This document shows, one piece after another, positions 30,030 through 45,988 of a stretch of 64,000 nt of DNA. Source of the stretch: Eledone cirrhosa (taxonomy: Eukaryota); assembly GCA_964016885.1 (NCBI GenBank), contig OZ024740.1, forward strand, positions 74,276,001-74,340,000, given 5' to 3'. Positions within the stretch are counted from its first letter, which is position 1. Every line of letters starts with the position of its first letter. The notes under the pieces are model-generated. The model searched no databases. It was not told the origin of the DNA and was given only the letters and a program-made list of their open reading frames with translations. Made by a program: the position numbers and the translations under genes.

Positions 30030-30260
30030 ATATTGAAGGAGAGGAGCGTGCAGCGATAGAGTAACAAATATATAGAGAGGGGGAGAGATGGTATTGAAGG
30101 GGAGGAGTGCAAAGAGTAAGAGAGATATATATAGAGACGGAACAGATAGAGAGAAACAGGCGTAAGTAACAGTGGAAGAGATATATAGAGAGGGGGAAAC
30201 GTGTTATTGAAGGGGAGGAGTGTAAAGCGAAAGCGTAAGATATATATAGAGAGAGGGGGA
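30030..30260. repeat. Purine-rich minisatellite (~60/120-bp units)
   Basis: Recurrent tattgaagg(g/a)gaggag and atatatagagagggggg. Confidence 0.6.
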
Positions 30261-30263
30261 ATA

Positions 30264-30321
<58 letters not shown>

Positions 30322-30478
30322 ACACTTACTCTGATTGGTTGAAAATTAGCCAATGACATACGATCACCACCACCACGGCTATCCCCGAAAAATTTATGAA
30401 GAAGCTAGGCATATATGTTATGTTAGAACACGAAAAGTGAACATTCTGTTGTTTCACACTTTTCGTGTTCTAACAGAT

Positions 30479-31573
30479 ACCAGCTAGAAAAATGCGTACA
30501 GCAAAAAAAAGTAATATTGTTGGAATATAAACCTTTAAAAATACAGGACAAGAAACTAAAATAAAACTTTAAAAGAATAGGACAAGAAACTAAGATAAAA
30601 CTTTAAAAGAATAGGACAAGAAACTAAGATAAAACTTTAAAGAATTGGATAAGAAATAAAAAATTTTTCAATAATATTAGTGGCAAAATTTTTATTGGTA
30701 AAAAATCGAGTTCCACATTCATAGGCTCTGGGTTCCACATTCAGAGGTCGTCGTCAGACCGGGGGGATCATTTGATCCTGGTTTGAACACCAATTGGGCC
30801 ATAACCATACCCCTATTTCATCATTCGGCGACACGCGTCATGTGTCATGCATAATGTGAATGGACCCATGGGCCCATGAGCACAGATCTTGAGCAGCAGC
30901 GGACGGTCTTGTTGTCCCGCTCATCCTTGATCTTGACCAACCCGTCCATCTTCCCCTTGCATCTTGTCCTTGAGCTCAAGTCCGGCAGTCCAGATGAATG
31001 TGTGCCACAGCTTTCTGGTACAGGAAGGGGGAGCAGGAGGGCTGGAGGGATGACGGGACAGAGGGAGGGAGGACCGGTGGTTGAGGGAGGTGCCATAGTC
31101 GGTGGTCAGAGTCGATATCTTGTCCCGGTCGTCTTCTCCATCTTCGTCTGGTGTTGCGGGACCAGAAGTGCATTCTTGGAGGAGACCTGCAGCTGCATCG
31201 GCCAATTCTTCTTGCAATGGTCATTCTGACGGAGCAGAACTGCTCAGCCAACCAACCCCAACCAGAACCAACCACTCAGGGGCAACGCACAATGAGAGCA
31301 TGACAATTATTATGCACTAATCAAGAAGATACTGGGGCATAGCACAGGAAACGAATAAAAAAATTTTGCCACTAATATTATTGTAAAATTTTTTATTTCT
31401 TGTCCAATTCTTTAAAGTTCTATCTTAGTTTCTTGTCCTATTCTTTTAAAGTTTTATCTTAGTTTCTTGTCCTATTCTTTTAAAGTTTTATTTTAGTTTC
31501 TTGTCCTGTATTTTTAAAGGTTTATATTCGAACAATATTACTTTTTTTTGCTGTACGCATTTTTCTATCTGGT
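30479..31573. repeat. ~215-bp inverted repeats (30479-30692 / 31357-31573) with internal ~31-bp tandem subrepeats
   Basis: accagctagaaaaatgcgtacagc...gtggcaaaattttt versus aaaaattttgccac...gctgtacgcatttttctatctggt. About 3 copies of aaactttaaaagaataggacaagaaactaagat per arm. Confidence 0.92.
30845..31301 (-). pseudogene. GC-rich coding relic of unknown family inside the inverted repeats
   Basis: ATG at 31301 opens MLSLCVAPEWLVLVGVGWLSSSAPSE*PLQEELADAAAG...WHTFIWTAGLELKDKMQG, with a probable frameshift to KMDGLVKIKDERDNKTVRCC. No family recognised. Confidence 0.35.
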
Positions 31574-31846
31574 CTACTATTTTTTAAGGCAATGCAAGCA
31601 ACAACTATCTAATAATTAAATGATCATAGTGAATTACTGACAAGTGATTGACATTTTAAAGTTCTTTTGAGTATAATTGCAATCTAGTTGAGGCAACTGG
31701 CTTAATGACAAAGCTAGTAAATCATGAATGCATTTGAGATGATTAGTGCATAATAGTGAATTGGTGAAACTTTTGCATTTCAATGGTGTTACAACAATAG
31801 ATGTAAGTTATATAGTAGTAATACTTTATTATTTTAACTTTTTAGA

Positions 31847-32206
31847 ATGGACAAAAACCCATGCAAAGAAATGACTTTGACTGCAGTGATTCTCTCCAAT
31901 TTACTTACAAAGCAAAACGTGGTCAAATACCTTATCATCTCTGATAAAATGCCCATTGAATCACTGAAAATCGGATGCATGGAATTCCTCATAAAATGCA
32001 CCTATGAATCGGAAGCCATCACATATATCAATGGATATAGGGAGTTGTTCACACTGGAAGACCATCACTTCATTTGTGACTTCATCAGTTATCTCCACGA
32101 TTATCTCAGACACCTAATGCCATTGATGAGAGGTGATCAAATGTGTGAGCATGTAACTAATCTTATAGAAGTTGTTATCAACCACCTGGCTTTTAGTGAC
32201 ATTTGA
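31847..32206 (+). CDS. Orphan 119-aa protein, preceded by a 43-nt GT-AG intron (31803-31845)
   Basis: Non-repetitive ORF. The donor gtaagt at 31803 and polypyrimidine ttttag at 31845 lie immediately before the ATG; aataaa follows at ~32283. Confidence 0.5.
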   Translation: MDKNPCKEMTLTAVILSNLLTKQNVVKYLIISDKMPIESLKIGCMEFLIKCTYESEAITYINGYRELFTLEDHHFICDFISYLHDYLRHLMPLMRGDQMCEHVTNLIEVVINHLAFSDI

Positions 32207-32359
32207 CTGATAATGATGTATTTTTAAAAAGTATGTGTACATTCTTGTTACTATTTTAAGGCAATGCAAGCAACAACTATTTAATAAAATTTAAATTTAA
32301 AAATGACCATTGTGCATTACTAGTATGATAACATTTTATTAAGTCAAAAAATTAGTCAG

Positions 32360-33173
32360 TCAGCCATAGAACAAGGACCAGGTGGCAAAAACATTGGCAA
32401 AAATTTGTGTCAATTTAAGATTTCCAACATTGTTCAAATGAATCATATCTGGTTTGAAGTCAGATTTGTCAAATTTTGACCAATTTTCAATGTTGTGAAG
32501 ATTGGGCAAGTTCAATTTTTGAATCATTTCTTTCATGCAGTAATTAAACTTTTCCAAACGAGAATTTCTCTTGCCCAAGTCATTTTTATTTTCAATTACA
32601 CTTTGTAGACGTGGAATGACACCACTGTAGAAAATGGGTGTACAGTGGTGCTTTTCCGCTATTTTCTGTAGCCTTGCAAAGAGACTCTTCTCCTGTTTTT
32701 CCGGTTTTGTGCCTCGAATGGGCACTTTGTCCTTAATTTACAAATAAATGATTAATAAAAAATACTTGGGCAAAAATTATTGTAATACTTTGCACAGCTT
32801 TGTAGTGCCAACGGTGCGACGAGGATTCAGATCATTAGAGCCGACATGAACCACCAATACTTTCACAAAAGGACAACAGATAACAATGTTGGCGATTAAC
32901 ATTACCTGGCCCTGACGGGCCCCAGGTATACAAAATATCTAAGTATTTTTGTTGGTATGATAAGTAAATACATTTGAATTAATATTTTTATACCTTCTGG
33001 TCATTCGATTTCGCCACATTTTTAATTATGGATTTGTAAAAACTGGCATGAATGTGAATTTGATCAGTCCAATTGCCCGATTTTAGTGAAAAGTTTTGAT
33101 TCGAAATGGAAATACTCCATTTCCGTGCCATGGAAAAAATGAATAAGCCGATCAAAAAGCCGCGAAACATCAT
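32360..33173 (-). CDS. Spliced SGNH/GDSL-type esterase (3 predicted exons: 33173-32994, 32938-32789, 32731-32360)
   Basis: Block I-like KSIIKNV, block II IFCIPGAR, block III VLVVHVGSNDL, IFYSGVIPR and block V DMIHLNNVG. Removing phase-0 introns 32993-32939 (55 nt) and 32788-32732 (57 nt) joins them in frame. Confidence 0.72.
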
Positions 33174-34209
33174 TTTTAATTAAGCGAAATTAGTGGATGC
33201 AAATCTCAGAAAATATTGTACACTATTCGCACCTATCGCACTATTCGCACCTATCGGTACAAAAAATCGCACGACTGTTAATAATACTAGAAGTGCAAAC
33301 TATCTGTTGAATACCTGGTATATGAAGAACAACCAATACGATTGGTCGGCGATCGATCTTGAAGAAGAATGAAGAATGAAGTGAAATTTTGGTCTGGTTG
33401 TTGTCATCGGTGTTTCGCAGAGATGCTGGCACGAACAAAGGTGTCAGTGACACAAAGTTGTCCGCTTGAACAAAGGTGTCGGTCCGACAAAGGTGACAGT
33501 CAGACAGACAGTCAGAGAGTGTCACAGTCGGTGCGACAAAGCGATCGATGCGATTAAAAAAAATTTAACTCACATGTTTACCTATATTTTCACAAACTAT
33601 TGATAGATTGGTACAAAAAATAGCTTTGATAATAAACATAAATTTTTAACGAAGTATTTAAAAAGCATTTTAGCAGTGAAAAGTGAAGTAATGTTTCACA
33701 CTGACGTAGTCAATTAGGAGGAGGGGATTCGGCGATTTGACTACATTTGACTAACGTAATCACAATCACAAGAGTTCCGCCGAAAAAAATTCGTCATTTC
33801 TGGATTACCTCCCCTAGCGTCACGCTTACTACTCACTCACTTGAACACAAGATTTATCAGCAAACTTTGATTATAAACTTTTTCCCGCTGGACCAAATTT
33901 CTAGATTTTTAAGCCAAAAGATGTGTAATGATCTACTGTTCATGCTCATATAAGTTTTATCTCAGTTAAATAAAGTAGAGCCGCGCTGTACTGTCATAAA
34001 CAGACGATTGCCAACGAAAACACGACCACAACAATATTACTAAACGGACTACCGTCCGTTTAGGATATATATAATATCAGGTTCAATAAAACGTGGTTTT
34101 GATGACTCCTAACCAGTAGACGATCCGGTGGACCATCCACCATAGGGACCACAAACTATGGGTGTTTGTTGTTGTCCATTGGTACGGGGTGTAGGGGACC
34201 TACAGGGGG

Positions 34210-34928
34210 GTTTATCCATATAGCTTGAGGAAAGTTCCCGTCCTTAGGTGTCTGCAGGCACCGAATAAGTCGGTCCTTCTGTTTAATAGCTTGGTTCCGC
34301 CATGAAGTATCTCGAGTGTCCCACTAAGACAGAGGTTGCAAATACCAGACCCACCTCTGTCTGGGGGAACCTATCTAACCACAGGTAAGACCACAGAGTG
34401 CGGGGTCTTTTCAAGTTTGAGCTTCCAGGTCAATTCAGAAAGGGCCGTACATTTCCTCTTATCTATTCTGTTAAAGTAATGGCGATGGTTATACCACCGA
34501 TCTTTGAAGCTCGTCACTGTGGATCCTATGTAGTGGTGCTCCGAGTTAGGGGTTGTGACCTTGCACCTGTAGACTACGTTTTTCGTCATGCATTCTTTAC
34601 TAAGGGGGCATAGTGATGGGTCTCTGCAATTACATGACTTCTAAAGCCCCACCACATGTACCGCATGGTTACCATCACTCGGGGGTTGGCTGGGTAGCCT
34701 CCGCAATCAGCACAGGGTCGTTGGGTTCCGGTGTGCTAGTTGGGCCTGTTCGGGTTCCGGTGCATCCCGCATGCTGGTTCTGTTGGGTGGCTCCGGGGTT
34801 TACGGTGGTATTAGAGGCAGTGAGCCTATTCCTATTTATGCCAACTATGTGCTGGGCTACGGAGCATGTGGTTGAGTAGGAAAGTTTCACCGTGTGCCTG
34901 TTGAATATTTTATGGTACTTGTGGGCCC
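34210..34928 (-). mobile_element. Penelope-like element fragment (GIY-YIG)
   Basis: HKIFNRHTVKLSYS...CMTKNVVYRCKVTT...YIGSTVTSFKDRWYNH...LSELTWKLK, followed by CNLC. Confidence 0.87.
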
Positions 34929-34960
34929 TATATATATATATATATAATATATATATGTAG

Positions 34961-35022
<62 letters not shown>

Positions 35023-35063
35023 CGAAACATAAGTCAATTGCATGAACTCATAATCCTTTATTT

Positions 35064-35119
35064 ACTGCTATATATATTTTGATGATAGCCATTGAATGGC
35101 TATGACCTCATCAGGCAGT
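35064..35119 (-). ncRNA. Type I hammerhead motif in a PLE-like terminal repeat (G12-to-A mutated)
   Basis: Minus strand reads actgc-CTGATGA-ggtcatagccat-tca-atggctatcatc-AAAA-tatata-TA-gcagt, then aataaa. Confidence 0.6.
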
Positions 35120-35604
35120 TAGTCAGTTCTTAGATATGCCAGCTCTGTGTTTATAGTGTTGATGGTATCAGAGCCTTGGACATATGAGCTTGTTAGGAAT
35201 AACTTAATGTTGTCAGCAGGAATAGTCTTAATTCTCATTGGTCAGTTTGTAGATGCTAGTAGGGTTGGTTATTTGACCTCAAAGAGGCAGGTGGTGTTGT
35301 AAAGTTTAAACCATCAGGCAAGTTGACAATAGTTCCATATGACTGATTTTCACAAAAAGCATTCCTGGTCAGATATATATTCAATTAAGATTAATAGTAT
35401 GAAATAGATATTACAGGTGATTCTTAAATTGAGGAATGTATGTGGAGTGGTGCTACTGAAAATTATGGTTAGAGTAGAAAACTTACAAATAAAAAGACTT
35501 ATGTAGGTTGGCTTGCACATACACTCACACCCACCTCCACAGACACACACACACATCCACACATACAAATTGAGGGATTAATGTGGGGTCGTAATACTTA
35601 AAAT

Positions 35605-35939
35605 AGAGAAGGACCTGAGTGGGCCAGTTGGTTATCTAGTCCCTCTCGTCTGATAGCTCTGCGGATGGCTGTTATTGTTTCCAACTGGCCCACTCAGGTC
35701 CTTCTCTACACGGACAGCTAACCAAAAGACACTCCACCAGACATGACAACTGCTGCAGGCTAGCCAACTGCCCCATCAATGACACAGACCTATGCCACCA
35801 GGCTTACGTTGTATACAGACTAGAGTGTGACAAATGCAGCAACTTCTACGCAGGAAACACCACCAGACCACTCCACAAAAGAATAAAAGAAGACCTCAAT
35901 ACTAACGCTTCCTCATTTAAGAAACACCTAGATAAATGC
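35605..35939 (+). mobile_element. PLE fragment with a local inversion; same family as 40993-41566
   Basis: 35605-35680 is the reverse complement of ~41112-41187. 35681-35938 matches 41161-41418 with indels. Confidence 0.8.
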
Positions 35940-36139
35940 NNNNNNNNNNNNNNNNNNNNNNNNNNNNNNNNNNNNNNNNNNNNNNNNNNNNNNNNNNNNN
36001 NNNNNNNNNNNNNNNNNNNNNNNNNNNNNNNNNNNNNNNNNNNNNNNNNNNNNNNNNNNNNNNNNNNNNNNNNNNNNNNNNNNNNNNNNNNNNNNNNNNN
36101 NNNNNNNNNNNNNNNNNNNNNNNNNNNNNNNNNNNNNNN
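35940..36139. other. Assembly gap (200 N)
   Basis: Run of N. Confidence 1.
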
Positions 36140-40800
<4,661 letters not shown>

Positions 40801-40805
40801 TGGTT

Positions 40806-40968
40806 GTAAATGTGGTTGGTGTTAGGAAGGGCATCCAGCTGTAGAAAACCCGCCAGACAGTCCTATGCGAGCAAGACAATCACTCTTGCCTCAAGTGGGA
40901 AAACCCCGTCCAAACCCATGCAAGCGTGGAACACAGACGTTAAACGTTGATGATGATGATGATGATGA
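40806..40968 (+). mobile_element. RTE family A 3' terminal fragment
   Basis: 3' UTR with a (gat)n tail. Confidence 0.85.
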
Positions 40969-40992
40969 TATAATATATATATATATATATAT

Positions 40993-42102
40993 GGAAGTAC
41001 TCAAACTGAACGGATACACAATATCCACCACAAACCGTGCCAGAAAGAACAGAGGACACCACACCCGAGGCACTAACCCTTGCTTCCTGAAGCTCCCACA
41101 CTTCAGTGAAGAAACAACAACAGCCATCCGCAGAGCCATCAGACGAGAGGGACTAGATATCCAACTGGCCCACTCAGGTCCTTCTCTACGCGGACAGCTA
41201 ACCAAAAGACATTCCACCAGACATGACAACTGCTGCAGACTAGCCAACTGCCCCATCAACGACACAGACCTATGCCACCAGGCTTACGTCGTATACAGAC
41301 TAGAGTGTGACAAATGCAACAAGTTCTACGTAGGTAGCACCACCAGGCCACTCCACATAAGAATAAAAGAACACCTCAATACTAACGCTTCCTCATTTAA
41401 GAAACACCTAGTTAAATGCAAAAACACCGACAAAACCATAACAGTTAGGATAGAAACTAAGCAAAGAAACCTCGGCAATCTTAGAATTAAGGAAGCACTA
41501 ATTATAGATAAAACACAACCACCAATCAATAATAGACTAGAACTCAACACCCAATTTATAACCTGATAGAGCTTCTAGCCCCATATTTACACCCCCCCCC
41601 CACACACACGCACGCACACACACACACACACACACTTACACCTCCACTTATTCTCTCTCACACATACACACACAAAACCAGTTCTAACACCAGATAACAC
41701 CTATCCCCCACATTTACGAATAGACTTATCTTCTCACACACACTCACATACTTACACCTTCATGCATTCTCCCACACACTTAAACAGGCATGTATATAAA
41801 AAAAAAAATTTAAAAAAAACCCTTTTAAAGGGAGACTACTCTTTATCCACCTAAGTTTAACTCTTTGACATTAGAGATAGAACAGATACTCTATATTTCC
41901 TGTCAGCATGGCTTGGCAAGCTAGTTAGAATGCTGGTTTGAGACCTTTATTTCCCTCTGAAGAAGAGATATTATCTCGAAAATTAAGGACATTTAAATAA
42001 ATCTAAGGTAAAAGACGAATTGTCAACAATATCTTTTGCAATTGCATTCTTTTTTCTATGTCCATACCTGCATTGTTTTGGCTTTATTATACATATTCAA
42101 AC

Positions 42103-42105
<3 letters not shown>
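40993..42105 (+). mobile_element. Penelope-like element 3' part: open GIY-YIG frame to 41566, then terminal repeat with hammerhead motif
   Basis: LKLNGY...FLKLPHFSE...C..ANCPI....LC...VVYRLECDKC..FYVGSTTRPLHIRIKEH...EALII....P.IN. CTGAAGA-agagatattatctc-GAAA occurs at 41957-41981. Confidence 0.88.
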
Positions 42106-42152
<47 letters not shown>

Positions 42153-42499
42153 TATATATAGAGAGAGAGAGATAGATATATAATATATATATATATAAAT
42201 GAAAATAGACCGAGAAACAGGAATGTCCATCATCAGTAGTCTGCTGATTATCATTGGTATTTCTTCGCATTAAAGACTAGATACCTCAAATAAGTGTGAG
42301 CAATAACTAAATTAAGTTATCGGAACAGAGGAAAGTAAACAAACAACATGGTAGTAATGCAACGTAAAGAGAGGAAAAGAGAGACAAGTCAATGAATCTT
42401 GTGGGCTTAAGTCCGACAAATCAAATGACGAGAAGAGGCAGACACGTCCGAGCCACGCGAAAAGTGAGAGAGGAAAGAATTCCTTCCTATCTCACTTTT

Positions 42500-42850
42500 T
42501 GTGATGACTGGAACAAAAGGAATGTATCATGATCTGTTGGATGAGTGACATTAATTTGCATGAATGACAGACTATAAATGAGTTGAGAGAAAAGCTGAAT
42601 ATAAGAGGAATCAGATAAAGTGTTCAAGAAAGAAGATTGTGCTCATATAGCCATATAATTAATATAGAAGATATAAGATGTATCAAGAAGTGCTAAGTTT
42701 TCTAAGTTGCAGGAATTTGTGGAAGAGGGAGGCCTAGGATATGAGATCAAATGAAGATTGATTTCAAGATATTCAGCCTCATAAAGGAAATGACGAAGGA
42801 CTGTGATGGGCAGTGACATGTACTGGACAAGATTCATCAAGCGCATGCAG
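42500..42850 (+). pseudogene. Highly decayed RTE ORF2 3' fragment
   Basis: MICWMS...INELREKLNIRGIR..VQERRL with stops. Confidence 0.6.
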
Positions 42851-43481
42851 ATATGACAACACAGTATCTTGCCCTATTACATTGTTCATGCTGTTTTTCT
42901 ATTCAATCTCCTTACCAAAAACCAATATGTAGCTATCTGCTTCTCTCTTTTCCATTACTGCTTCCTCATGCCTCACTCCTATACTTCTGTTTTTGCCATC
43001 ATAATCTTTCCTTTATCACCATCATGTCCTTGTTCTCTATTTTTCATCAATCTCTCATATTCACTCTCTTAGCTATGTTGCCTTGGATGAGTAGAGGCAA
43101 TGTTGAGTAGACAGGACTCTAGTCTTACTGAAGAAAACATAATCATCCTAGTGAAGGAGCAATAATGAATGGCACCAGTACACTTTATAAAGTGGTTGGT
43201 GTTAGGAAGAGCATCCAGCCCTAAAGATATTGTTACCTGTATAAACAATATGGGTTGCAGTTTAGTTCATTACTATATAACATACTTTAAAAAACAAATG
43301 AATGGGTTCACACCAGGATGGACATCTGGCAGTAGAATTACTGCTAAAAAAAATATCTAAAGGGTATCCCCCAACCCATGGTTGACTAGGTAAATATGCA
43401 ACTGTCTGATTGTCTGATGTAATTGTATGCATTTTCAGCTGATACTATATATATGTATCATCTTTAATTTCTCATTCTATT

Positions 43482-43515
43482 TTCTGATGAAAGACTACCG
43501 TCAGAAACATTAAGA
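43482..43515 (+). ncRNA. Minimal hammerhead motif (sister of 45717-45751)
   Basis: ttt-CTGATGA-aagactaccgtca-GAAA-cat-TA-aga. Confidence 0.5.
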
Positions 43516-43736
43516 CGCTTTTCTTACTATATCAAGAAAAAAACTAATAATATATTTCTTCATTGTACTGTATTGTTTGCTTTGTTATTTTTGTTTGCTT
43601 TTTGCATATATATATATATATTTAAGCCAAAATCAGTTCTGTATAAACAAAGCATGGTCACCTGACCAAGCATTGCCCATAACAGGACAACTCATCTAAC
43701 CCATGCTAGCGTGGAAGAATGGATGTAAAACCGTAA

Positions 43737-43769
<33 letters not shown>

Positions 43770-44289
43770 TATAACAATTTGGGCGACAAAATTGTTGGTA
43801 TAGCAGATTTTTTGATACTGTAATATTTGTTTTATGTTAGACATTGTTTAATTCTAGCTTTAGAATGAAATATCTCTAGCATTGAGTTAGTAATTATTGA
43901 AGGATTATTTGTTAATTCATGTGTGACTATGTAAACTTATTTTTATATTGAAATATTGCCGTAATTTTCCACTTAATGGTCAGATAACATGAATTAAATG
44001 TTATAAATTTTAACAGTAAAAAAACATGAAAATAAAACTACTCAATAAAAATAATCCCTGTATATGATAGGCATAAGCATAAATGTGTCCTTAAGAAGTT
44101 TGCTTGACAATCATGTAGTTTTCACTTTTACTAATTAATTAGAAAAGGGGGGATAAGTGCTTAGGCTTGAGTCAACCAATGGAATCTGGGAGGAAGCCGA
44201 ATGTGTGTCTTTATACATACATACATTCATATATAAGGGAAAAAAGAATCAGTGTTGCATCGTATACATATATATACATACATGAAATT

Positions 44290-44348
<59 letters not shown>

Positions 44349-44351
<3 letters not shown>

Positions 44352-45594
44352 ACTCCATTTTATGTCCCAAATGCAAAGTATGGGTGCATAAAAGATGTAG
44401 TGGGATCACAGGTAAGCTAACTAAGAACACAGATTTTACATGTGGCCGGTGCTCTGGTGCAATAAGTAGCAGCAAGTGCCCACTAAATACTAGCTCTTTC
44501 AATTGCGCAGAGGGTTCTATAGAAATAGTGGACAGCTTCCGTTACCTGGGTGATGAAATCAGCAGTGGGGGAGGGTGCTCTGAAAGTACAGTAGCTAGAG
44601 TCAGAACTGGATGGAAAAAGTTCAGAGAGCTTATACCACTATTAGCCGCTAAAGGGTTCTTCCTAAAAATGAAAGGCAGGCTGTATGATGCCTGCATACG
44701 AACAGCAATGTTGCATGGCAGTGAGACCTGGGCATTGTGTGCAGAGGATATACGCAGACTAGAGAGGAACGAAGCTTGCATGCTCTGCTGGATGTGTAAT
44801 AGTAATATACGTGAACGGCAAAGCATAAACGAACTAAGGAAAAAATTAGAAATAAGAGGGATCAGATGTTGTTTACTCGAGAGAAGGCTATGTTGGTATG
44901 GTCACGTGATGCGCATGAAAGACGACAGCTGTATAGCAAAGTGCAGGGCAATAAAGATAGATGGTAGCCACGGAGCAGGCAGACCCAGAAAAACCTGGGA
45001 CGAGCTGATAAATTCCGACCTCACACACTTACACCTCTCCAAGACAATGTCACTGGACCGAGACCTTTGGCGGTACTCAGTAATAGAGAAGACCCGCCTT
45101 ACCTAAATACAAAGTAAAACCTACTACAGCAGCAGGCATCTCTAACAAAATACACCCCCATCCCATCCACACCGCCCCTTTCAATGTAAAGTTATGTTGG
45201 TGCCACAATATCCAGGCCGAAACAAATGAGATCGTGTAGGTGTCACGACAAAAAAACACACAGTCCACGCTGTAATGTGGCCGTGTAGGTAACACGGTAA
45301 AAACCTCCCAGCCCCACACTGTAAATGTGGTTGGTGTTAGGAAGGACATCCAGCTGTAGAAAACCCGCCAGACAGTCCACGCTGTAATGTGGCCATGTAG
45401 GCAACACGGTAAAAACCTCCCAGCCCCACACTGTAAATGTGGTTGGTGTTAGGAAGGGCATCCAACTGTATAAAAGCCGCCAGACAGTCCTATGCGAGCA
45501 AGACAACAACTCTTGCCTCAAGTGGGAAAACTCCCATCCAAACCCATGCAAGCGTGGAACATGGACGTTAAACGATGATGATGATGATGATGAT
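44349..45594 (+). mobile_element. RTE family A 3' fragment including the PHD-like Cys region
   Basis: Open frame RNSILCPKCKVWVHKRC...FTCGRC...FRYLGD...GRPRKTW. The 3' UTR has a duplicated 112-bp unit and a (gat)n tail. Confidence 0.92.
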
Positions 45595-45716
45595 ATGTAA
45601 TTACACACATATATATATGAGATGTCAACATGAATAGACCTGTAATTTTTATCTAAAGACATTTTTTCCAATTCCATCCCGCCCGTCCCCTCAATCTATC
45701 TTATTTCTCATTCTTT

Positions 45717-45751
45717 CTTCTGATGAAGGACTAGCGTCCAAAACGTTAAGA
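45717..45751 (+). ncRNA. Minimal hammerhead motif (G12-to-A)
   Basis: tctt-CTGATGA-a-ggac-tagc-gtcc-AAAA-cgt-TA-aga, with a palindromic aacgtt stem III. Confidence 0.55.
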
Positions 45752-45835
45752 CCCTCTTGCTGCTATATCAAGTGTTAACCTAATATATCCCTTCCATATA
45801 CTGTACAGATTGTGTTGTTATTTCCGTTTACCTTT

Positions 45836-45885
<50 letters not shown>

Positions 45886-45932
45886 ATTACACATATATAT
45901 ACACGTAATTACACATATATATACACGTAATT

Positions 45933-45980
<48 letters not shown>

Positions 45981-45988
<8 letters not shown>

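Larger units (their letters stand above)
30319..34063. mobile_element. Unclassified ~3.7-kb cargo-carrying element between TA tracts
   Basis: CpG-retaining and microsatellite-free. It has a 19-bp hairpin at 30421-30475, a 10-bp hairpin at 34040-34063, an internal long inverted repeat and intron-containing genes. Boundaries are inferred. Confidence 0.5.
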
